This document shows positions 1-6,218 of a stretch of 11,483 nt of DNA, in pieces; within the stretch, counting starts at the first letter, position 1; every line of letters starts with the position of its first letter. Below the pieces are notes generated by a model. That model was not told the DNA's origin. It saw only the letters and a program-made list of their open reading frames with translations, and did no database searches. The DNA is from Armatimonadota bacterium (GTDB lineage Bacteria > Armatimonadota > Armatimonadia > Armatimonadales > Armatimonadaceae), in contig JAYUUO010000162.1 of NCBI GenBank assembly GCA_043754515.1, positions 1 to 11,483 on the forward strand. The letters are read 5' to 3'. The position numbers and the translations under genes are program-made.

Positions 1-192
1 ACAGGATTGTTCACGAACGGCGTGATAAGCCGCGTGATGGCGGTCGGAAGCACGAAAGGTTCTGGTGTCCCAGGCGACGCCCGACAGATGGTTGGAGGCT
101 TTGTTGAAGCGTTCCATCGTGTCGGCAAGTGCCGGCTCTGTCTCGGTTGTCGTACGCAACTTGCGAGTGACGATTTTCACGATCGTACTCAT
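1..192 (-). CDS. tnpB: TnpB-like RNA-guided endonuclease, N-terminal 64 codons (partial, runs off window)
   Basis: Manual translation from ATG at 192: MSTIVKIVTRKLRTTTETEPALADTMERFNKASNHLSGVAWDTRTFRASDRHHAAYHAVREQSC. This matches the TnpB N-terminal pattern (KL..T......L..TMERFN.A.N..S..AW....F.....H...YH.VRE). RuvC and zinc-finger regions are outside the window. Confidence 0.8.
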   Translation of the reverse strand, partial: MSTIVKIVTRKLRTTTETEPALADTMERFNKASNHLSGVAWDTRTFRASDRHHAAYHAVREQSC

Positions 193-201
193 GTCGCCCG
201 T

Positions 202-230
202 ATTGTATCACAGAAGGAGGCTTACTACAA
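202..230 (-). promoter_or_regulatory. Putative sigma70-type promoter of tnpB
   Basis: TTGTAG (230-225), 17-nt spacer, TACAAT (207-202) with extended TG (210-209), 9 nt before the ATG. The -35 lies inside the imperfect hairpin AGGAGG-CTT...AAG-T-CCTCCT (215-238). Confidence 0.6.
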
Positions 231-274
231 GTCCTCCTCGGCGTTTTCGCGGCGAAAATCGCGAGAAGGAGAAC

Positions 275-349
275 GCGCCGTTTCCTCCCCCGCCTGGACC
301 ACAAAACGCTCGCGTTTGTGTGAAGGCATGGAGGGGGTTTCCACGGCGC
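275..349 (-). repeat. Composite subterminal hairpin of the IS left end
   Basis: Nested stems (+ strand coordinates): GCGCCGT 275-281/ACGGCGC 343-349; CCCCC 287-291/GGGGG 333-337; GCCT 292-295/AGGC 324-327; CACAAAACGC 300-309/GCGTTTGTG 312-320 (one bulge). Confidence 0.75.
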
Positions 350-356
350 AATTTTT

Positions 357-2594
357 ATGAAACGTTACCTACTCTCATTCTGCCTCGCCACGCTCGGTGC
401 CGCCGCGCACGCGCAGGACGTGCCGCGCCTTTCCGGGGTCTTCCCCGCCGGTGCCCAGGCCGGACAGTCGGTCGAGGTGACCGTACACGGCTCCGCCCTG
501 CTCGGGGCAAGGTCGGTCTGGTTTAGCGGGCCGGGCGGCGCGATGGAGAACGGCATGACGGGCGAGATCGCGGGGGGGATTGTTTCCGTTGATGCCGCCG
601 CGAAGCCGCTCCATCAGGCGAAGTGCGCCAACTGCCACGAACTGCGCTCCCCCGCGAACCGCTCGCTTTCGCCGGAGCAGTGGGCACAGATCGTGGAGCG
701 TATGGTGAAACAGCATGCCGCGCCGCTGTCCGCCGACGAGGCCGCGAAAGTCACTGGCTACCTGCAAGCATTGACCCGCGCGGGCGAGTTGCACGTCAAA
801 ATCACCGTCCCGAAAGGCGCGCTACCGGGGAAGCGCGAACTGCGGATCGTTACCGCGAACGGCGTCACGACGGCGGCAAGTTTCTTGGTCGGCGCACTCC
901 CCGAACGACTCAGCGAGGGCGCGAAAACGACGCGAGACGCGCCGCAACCGCTGGCGTTTCCGTCCGTTGTTAACGGCATTCTGCGGGAAAGCGGGCAGCG
1001 CGACTGGTTCCGGTTCGCCGCGAAGAAGGGGGAGCGGATCACGCTCAACCTCGAATCGTTCCGGCTGAACGAGGTCGCGACGTCCTATTTCAACCCCGCG
1101 ATGTACGTCTACGACGCGAGCGGCGCGCAGGTCGCGAAATCAATCGGCGGCGACAGCATCCTGTACGGCACCGACCCGGTGATCGTCTGGGCCGCGCCCG
1201 CCGACGGGACGTACACGCTACTCGTGCGCGACCTGCTGTTCCACGGGAACCCGCTCTCGATCTATCGCTTGACGGCGGGCGTCGGCCTACCGGTGGACGC
1301 GCGGTTCACGACCGGCGTTATCGCGCGCCCCGGTGACACCATCACCCCGAGCCTCTGGGCATCCCTGCCGCTCCCGGCTGGCGTGACGGAGGCGACCATC
1401 ACGATCCCGGCGGGTCAGCCCGCCGGATCATTTATCGCGCGAACCCCGCTCGGCGACGTGCCGATCGTGGTCGGCGACGCGAAAGACGGGGGCGCAGCGA
1501 TCACCGGCGACCCCAAAACGGCTCCCGCGACCACGCTCCCCGCGACGTTCCACGGCGTGATTGCGCGCCCCGGCTCGCGCACCGACGTCGGGGCGCGGTG
1601 CGTATTCAAAGTAAAGACGACGCGACCGAACGTGGCGATCTACTTCACCGCGCTCGGTCTCGGCTCACGCTTGCAGCCCTGGGTGCATATATTCAAGCCC
1701 GACGGTACCTACGTGAGCGGCCATTATGAGGGACAACCGGCGGACTTCCGCTTCGGCGACGCGTTCAAGGAACCCGGCGAGTACGTGGTTCATGTCATGG
1801 ACGGGGAGAGCAAGAGCGGGGCTGACTACGGGTTCGCGTGGGAGGCGTATGACACAACGCCAGAGTTCTCTCTGACCGCCACGCCGGACGCGGTGAGTCT
1901 GCTACCCGGCGGCTCCGCCGTGATAACCGTTGTCGCGACGCGGCGCGAGAATATCGCCGGCGCGATCACGGTCACCGCGCGGGATCTGCCCATCGGCGTC
2001 ACCGCGCTCCCCTGTGTGATCCCGCCCGACTCCGACCGCGCGACGCTGGTGCTACAAGCTAGCAGGTATGCGGCGATGGGAGCCAGCCCGGTCGGCATTG
2101 AGGGCACTTACGCCCCTACGGGTGGCACGTCCGTCACGCGCCGCGCCGCGCCGCTGGAGATTTACCACTTCACAAACACCGGGGACCGGCAGATCCGGCG
2201 CGGGTTGCAGGCGGTCGCGGTCGCGAGTAGCGAGCCGTCGCCTGCCGTTTCGGTCGCCGTCGAAGGCGCGGAGAATGGGGTCGCGCTGGCGATAGACAAA
2301 GAGACCGAAATCAAAGTCAAGATCACGCGCCGCGAGGGGTTCAAAGGCGACTTGTTCGTGGTGCCGCTTAATTTCCCGCCCGGCGTCAGCTTGCGCGGTA
2401 ACACCTACGTCGCGGGGGACAAAAGCGAGGTGTCGCTCTCCCTCTACGCGGACGGCAACGCGCGGTTCTTGAAAGGCGAGCGACCCGCGAAGAACCTGCC
2501 GCCGATGACGATTGTGTTCGCCATCCGCCCGAACGGCGCGGAGGAGCGCGACTACATCGCCTGCACCGCGCCGATCCCGATCACGGCGAAGTAG
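357..2594 (+). CDS. Secreted PPC (pre-peptidase C-terminal)/Ig-like domain protein, planctomycete type, with an inserted monoheme cytochrome c domain
   Basis: 745 aa with a signal peptide (MKRYLLSFCLATLGAAAHA). N-terminal Ig-like motif VFPAGAQAGQSVEVTVHG...PGKRELRIVTANG...FLVGALPE. PPC motif VNGIL...RDWFRFAAKKGERITL...DPVIVWAAPADGTYTLLVRD...YRL, plus a second degenerate PPC and C-terminal beta-sandwich repeats. CANCH at residues 90-94 (nt 624-638). Confidence 0.9.
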   Translation: MKRYLLSFCLATLGAAAHAQDVPRLSGVFPAGAQAGQSVEVTVHGSALLGARSVWFSGPGGAMENGMTGEIAGGIVSVDAAAKPLHQAKCANCHELRSPANRSLSPEQWAQIVERMVKQHAAPLSADEAAKVTGYLQALTRAGELHVKITVPKGALPGKRELRIVTANGVTTAASFLVGALPERLSEGAKTTRDAPQPLAFPSVVNGILRESGQRDWFRFAAKKGERITLNLESFRLNEVATSYFNPAMYVYDASGAQVAKSIGGDSILYGTDPVIVWAAPADGTYTLLVRDLLFHGNPLSIYRLTAGVGLPVDARFTTGVIARPGDTITPSLWASLPLPAGVTEATITIPAGQPAGSFIARTPLGDVPIVVGDAKDGGAAITGDPKTAPATTLPATFHGVIARPGSRTDVGARCVFKVKTTRPNVAIYFTALGLGSRLQPWVHIFKPDGTYVSGHYEGQPADFRFGDAFKEPGEYVVHVMDGESKSGADYGFAWEAYDTTPEFSLTATPDAVSLLPGGSAVITVVATRRENIAGAITVTARDLPIGVTALPCVIPPDSDRATLVLQASRYAAMGASPVGIEGTYAPTGGTSVTRRAAPLEIYHFTNTGDRQIRRGLQAVAVASSEPSPAVSVAVEGAENGVALAIDKETEIKVKITRREGFKGDLFVVPLNFPPGVSLRGNTYVAGDKSEVSLSLYADGNARFLKGERPAKNLPPMTIVFAIRPNGAEERDYIACTAPIPITAK

Positions 2595-2677
2595 GTTAGT
2601 TGTCCGCGCGGTACCTCTCTCCGGGACGGAGAGAGGGTTGGGGGAGTGAGGTACCGCGCGGACAACTAACCTACTTC
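2588..2677. repeat. 30-bp perfect inverted repeat enclosing a BoxC-like hairpin (REPIN/MITE-like; may also act as a bidirectional transcript-end structure)
   Basis: GAAGTAGGTTAGTTGTCCGCGCGGTACCTC (2588-2617) is the exact reverse complement of 2648-2677. Internal stem CCTCTCTCCG-GGA-CGGAGAGAGG (2614-2636) is followed by GTTGGGGGAGTGAGG. Confidence 0.92.
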
Positions 2678-3936
2678 CCGAAATGAATCATCCCGAGCAG
2701 ACCGCGCCCGACTATGAACACGACGAGTGCTCCGATCAGCGCGAAGCCGACCATGAACACGATGTTGGTTTGATCCACGGAAAGCTTGCGCCCGCGCACT
2801 GCCTCAACGCCCATCAGTGCCAGGTGCCCGCCGTCTAGAATCGGGATCGGGATCAGGTTGAACAAGCCGAGGGAAAGCGATAGTTGCGCCATCAGGAAGA
2901 CGACGGACACCGGGCCCTCCTGGGACGCCTTGTTGGAAGCCTTGAGAATCTCGATGGGACCCCCGACGCTCCGCCCCAGATCCTTCGGGCGGGCGAACAG
3001 TGCGCGCATGGTATTGAACCAGACGCCGGTGATGTGGTTGCCGAACGCGAACGATTCAGGCAGACTCACCCGCTTAGCCAGCTCTACTTCCTCTCCAGGG
3101 ACGATTCCGATCAGCCCAATTGACGGACGCTTGCCTTCGGGATCTGGCGCGGACACGGGGGTGACGGACACGGAGCGCGCCACTCCCTTCGCGTCGCGCA
3201 CGGACAGCACCAGCGGTTTACCCGCTGAGTTGTGCAAGGTCGCGACCATCGCCTCGCCGTTCGTGACCGGCTCCGCGTTGATTGCGAGTATCCGGTCTCC
3301 TTTCGCGAGTCCGGCGCGGGCAGCAGGTTGGCCTTTGGCCACCTCGGCGATCACGTTGGTGGGTCTCTTATTTGGCAGTCCGAGGGTCGCCCCGATCAGG
3401 CAGAACACGAGCCAGCCGAGTAAAAACGAGAACAGGGGGCCGCCCAGAATCACCCAGAACCGCTGGTAGATCGGCCGGCTGTTAAACCCGTCGGGATCCT
3501 TGCCCGAAACTTCGGCGGTCTCCTGCGCCAGAGACGAAAGGTTGGTGGTCTCGAAGCCGGACGGCTCGTGAGCAGGCGCGACGGCGTCCGGCGCGGGTAC
3601 TACCGGGCTCGGCTCCGTGTTCTGCGAGAGCACCGCGCCGGTGGGCACCGGTTCAGGGGCCGGGATTTTGGGGTGACTCGCGCCGGTCATGCGGCTCTCC
3701 ACGGCATCCTCGATCTCCATTCCTTTAATGCGGACGAAACCGCCGAACGGCAGGGCGCGCAGGTTATACTCCGTCTGGCCGTCGTAGAAGAGCCGTAGTT
3801 TGGGGTTCCCTATGCCGATGGAGAACTCCTCGACCTTCATGCGGAAAAGTTTCGCGAACAGGAAGTGCCCGAGTTCGTGGAAGAACACGAGCACGATCAG
3901 AATCATTAAGTAGGTGAGTACGCCGATGACGCTCAT
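2671..3936 (-). CDS. rseP: RIP metalloprotease RseP (peptidase M50, one PDZ domain)
   Basis: 421 aa; HELGH zinc motif, EFSIGIG, LPFGGFVRI, GGPLFS, PDZ (PAARAGLAKGDRILAIN), NLIPIPILDGGH. Lies 21 bp downstream of dxr, the usual synteny. Confidence 0.95.
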   Translation of the reverse strand: MSVIGVLTYLMILIVLVFFHELGHFLFAKLFRMKVEEFSIGIGNPKLRLFYDGQTEYNLRALPFGGFVRIKGMEIEDAVESRMTGASHPKIPAPEPVPTGAVLSQNTEPSPVVPAPDAVAPAHEPSGFETTNLSSLAQETAEVSGKDPDGFNSRPIYQRFWVILGGPLFSFLLGWLVFCLIGATLGLPNKRPTNVIAEVAKGQPAARAGLAKGDRILAINAEPVTNGEAMVATLHNSAGKPLVLSVRDAKGVARSVSVTPVSAPDPEGKRPSIGLIGIVPGEEVELAKRVSLPESFAFGNHITGVWFNTMRALFARPKDLGRSVGGPIEILKASNKASQEGPVSVVFLMAQLSLSLGLFNLIPIPILDGGHLALMGVEAVRGRKLSVDQTNIVFMVGFALIGALVVFIVGRGLLGMIHFGK

Positions 3937-3957
3937 AAATTAGCCGTTAAATACCTT

Positions 3958-5136
3958 TTACTTGTTTTCGCGGACGTTTCCCCGTCCGATGATCTCCGCG
4001 ATCGTCGCGCGCGCCGCGCGGTCCGCGCCCAACACCGCTTCCAGCGTGTCCGCCGGGACGGATAAGTGACTCTCACACACCCGCGCGACCAGCGGACAGA
4101 TGTCGGCGAAGCGAATCGCGCCCGCCAGGAACGCGGCGACCACCGCCTCGTTCGCCGCGTTCAGCGTCGCCGGGGCAGTGCCGCCCCGCGCGAACGCCGC
4201 GCGGGCTAGTCCGATCGCCGGGAACCGCTCGTTGTCCGGCTCCTCGAACGTCAGCGCGCTCATCATCGCCGGGCGAAGTCGCGGCAGGTCGGTGTCGGGT
4301 TTGTCCGGGTACGTCAGCGCGATCTGAATCGGTAGACGCATGTCGGGCGGCCCGAGTTGCGCGAGCAGGGCACCGTCCGTCATCTCCACGAACGAGTGAA
4401 CCACGCTTTGCGGGTGTACGACCACGGACACCGTGTCCAGCGGCACGCCGAACAGGTGACACGCCTCGATGATCTCCAGCCCCTTGTTCATCAGGGTCGC
4501 CGAGTCAATCGTGATCTTCCCGCCCATGCGCCAGGTCGGGTGCTTCAACGCGTCCTCGATAGTCGCGCCTTCGATCTGCTCCCGCGTCCAGGTTCGGAAC
4601 GGGCCGCCAGACGCCGTGATGTAAAGATGCGCGATGTCATCAGGGACATGGTAGCCGCGCGTACATTGGAACAACGCGGAGTGTTCGGAGTCCACGGGCA
4701 GAATCTCCGCGCCGCTCTCCCGCGCCGTGCGCATCACCAGTTCGCCCGCCGCGACCAGCACCTCCTTGGTAGCAATGCAGAGGCGTTTCCCGGCGCGTGC
4801 CGCCGCGAGCGTCGCCGCCAGGCCCGCCGCGCCCGCGACCGCGATCACCACCGTGTCCGCCTCGGGGAGCGTCGCGAGCGCGGTCAGCGCGTGGTCGCCG
4901 CCGTGCGCGGAAACGCCCGGCGGGAGCGCGCGTCGGAGCGCGGGCAACTCGGAATCGTCCGTGACCGCGACGTGCGACGCCCCGGTCGCCCGCGCCTGCT
5001 CCGCGAGCAGTGATACGTTGCGGCGCGCCGCTAAAGCGATGATCCGTGCCCGATGCCCGCCAAGGCGGCGTACGACGTCCACGGTCTGTGTCCCGATGGA
5101 GCCGGTCGCCCCCAGCACGACGATATTTCTGGTCAC
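3958..5136 (-). CDS. dxr: 1-deoxy-D-xylulose 5-phosphate reductoisomerase
   Basis: 392 aa, GTG start; VLGATGSIG, PVDSEHSA, TASGGPF, HPTWRMGGKITIDSATLMNKGLEIIEA, HPQSVVHS, DMRLPI, NAANE. Confidence 0.97.
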   Translation of the reverse strand: MTRNIVVLGATGSIGTQTVDVVRRLGGHRARIIALAARRNVSLLAEQARATGASHVAVTDDSELPALRRALPPGVSAHGGDHALTALATLPEADTVVIAVAGAAGLAATLAAARAGKRLCIATKEVLVAAGELVMRTARESGAEILPVDSEHSALFQCTRGYHVPDDIAHLYITASGGPFRTWTREQIEGATIEDALKHPTWRMGGKITIDSATLMNKGLEIIEACHLFGVPLDTVSVVVHPQSVVHSFVEMTDGALLAQLGPPDMRLPIQIALTYPDKPDTDLPRLRPAMMSALTFEEPDNERFPAIGLARAAFARGGTAPATLNAANEAVVAAFLAGAIRFADICPLVARVCESHLSVPADTLEAVLGADRAARATIAEIIGRGNVRENK

Positions 5137-5141
5137 TTCCT

Positions 5142-5184
5142 ATTGTACCGCTTACACGCCCGTCGGTGTTTCCTATGCCACAAT
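5142..5184. promoter_or_regulatory. Back-to-back -10 elements for dxr and the Uma2 gene
   Basis: - strand TACAAT (5147-5142) is 5 nt before the dxr GTG. + strand TGcCACAAT (5176-5184) is 7 nt before ATG 5192. Confidence 0.45.
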
Positions 5185-5191
5185 AAGCTCC

Positions 5192-5842
5192 ATGGACACC
5201 GACACGCCGCAACCCGTCGCTCATTTTCCGGGAACGAAGGAGCAGATCGCCATGCCGTTCCCGAAGTTCTACCTGCGAGATGACCGGGCATTCTTCGCGT
5301 TCTGCAACGACAATTCCGATAGCCCGCTCTTTTTCGAGCGAGAACCCGATGGAGAAGTCCGCCTCATGCCCCCGTCCGGCACCGACACCGGCAGAGCCAA
5401 TGCCACTGCTTTAGGATTGTTGTTTGTGTGGAACGCGCAGAACGGCGAACCCGGCTACGTGTTCGACGCGTCCACCGGGTTCACGTTCCCGAACGGCGCG
5501 ATTCGCGCCCCCGACATCTCTTTTACCGAGAAAGCACGATACGATTCCCTCACCGAAGACCAACAGGAACACCACGCGCCCATCGCGCCCGACTTCGTGA
5601 TCGAGATCATGTCGCAGTCTGACCGCGTGCCGAAGCAACAGGCAAAACTACGCGGGTACATAGCGAACGGCGTGCGCCTCGGCTGGCTCGTGGATCGGCG
5701 AACGCATATGGTGTATGTGTTCCGACCGGGGCGGGCGATGGAGACATTAGCGAACGCAACGTCGGTGTCTGCCGCCCCCGAACTTCCCGGCCTTGTGCTT
5801 CCGACCGACCGGATCTTCCAGGGCGATTGCGTCATAGTTTAG
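5192..5842 (+). CDS. Uma2 (DUF820) family PD-(D/E)xK endonuclease
   Basis: C-terminal 216 aa of track ORF 4727..5842; FEREPDGEVRLMPP, FDASTGFTFPNGAIRAPDISF, APDFVIEIMSQSD, KLRGYIANGVRLGWLVD, PELPGLVL. Start is ATG 5192, or ATG 5252 (AAGGAG 9 nt upstream). Confidence 0.9.
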   Translation: MDTDTPQPVAHFPGTKEQIAMPFPKFYLRDDRAFFAFCNDNSDSPLFFEREPDGEVRLMPPSGTDTGRANATALGLLFVWNAQNGEPGYVFDASTGFTFPNGAIRAPDISFTEKARYDSLTEDQQEHHAPIAPDFVIEIMSQSDRVPKQQAKLRGYIANGVRLGWLVDRRTHMVYVFRPGRAMETLANATSVSAAPELPGLVLPTDRIFQGDCVIV

Positions 5843-6218
5843 TTGCTCGCGGGGCTGTCGCTCCGCCGTCTCGGATCGCGGGCCGTTCCCGGCTCGGGAC
5901 TGTACGGGTGGCGGACCTTCCCAGCGGCGCGGACGGTGAACGATCCTGGCGGGCGCGGCGACAAGTGAGCCGTCCGTGTCCGGGAACATACACTGAGTTG
6001 CGACGTGTTTTATAGTGCAATCGCTCTGGCCGGGTCTTCCCCCCCGCGGCGGCAAAATAACCCGCCGTACCAACCGTCGCCGCGCCTCGGGAGGGTCAGT
6101 GCCCGTGATACCTCGAGCCGTGGTCGCGCCGACCGGTGCCGTCGCTACCACGGCGCGGATGTTGAGGCGAAACCCGAGGCACTCTTACGGGCTGGCGCGG
6201 GTGCATCACCGCCCCTCT

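Larger units (their letters stand above)
1..356 (-). mobile_element. IS200/IS605-family element (IS1341-like layout: no tnpA between left end and tnpB), left-end portion; continues beyond window start
   Basis: On the - strand: TCAT (360-357), then AAAAATTGCGCCGTG-GAAA-CCCCC...GCCT...AGGC-GGGGG-AGGAAACGGCGC, a left-end-type subterminal hairpin, then a promoter and a TnpB-like ORF starting at 192. GAAA lies at +16..+19 from the TCAT junction, the position of the IS608 left guide. Confidence 0.75.

Noticed and set aside
7..526. Track ORFs 7..360 (+), 11..304 (-) and 65..526 (+)
   Set aside because: No recognisable motifs. The region is better explained by the partial tnpB frame, the IS left end and the PPC gene start.
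4762..4776. Dxr motif IATKE instead of the common LANKE
   Set aside because: A single substitution with all other catalytic motifs intact; no evidence of altered function.
4727..5191. 155-aa N-terminal extension of the Uma2 ORF
   Set aside because: Mostly antisense to dxr and low-complexity Ala/Ser/Arg. Uma2 similarity starts only after 5192.
5880..5930. - strand GCCGCTGGGAAGG...GAGCCGGGAACGGCC resembling the 3' half of a cobalamin riboswitch
   Set aside because: The 5' conserved elements (AGGGAA, GGTG.AA.TCC, CCCGC.ACTGT) were not found and no suitable gene follows. An Infernal search with the Rfam cobalamin models would settle it.
5843..6218. Short ORFs in the gap, including a WD40-like GTVRVADLPSG fragment
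   Set aside because: A single weak motif with no RBS or repeat context. The region remains unexplained.
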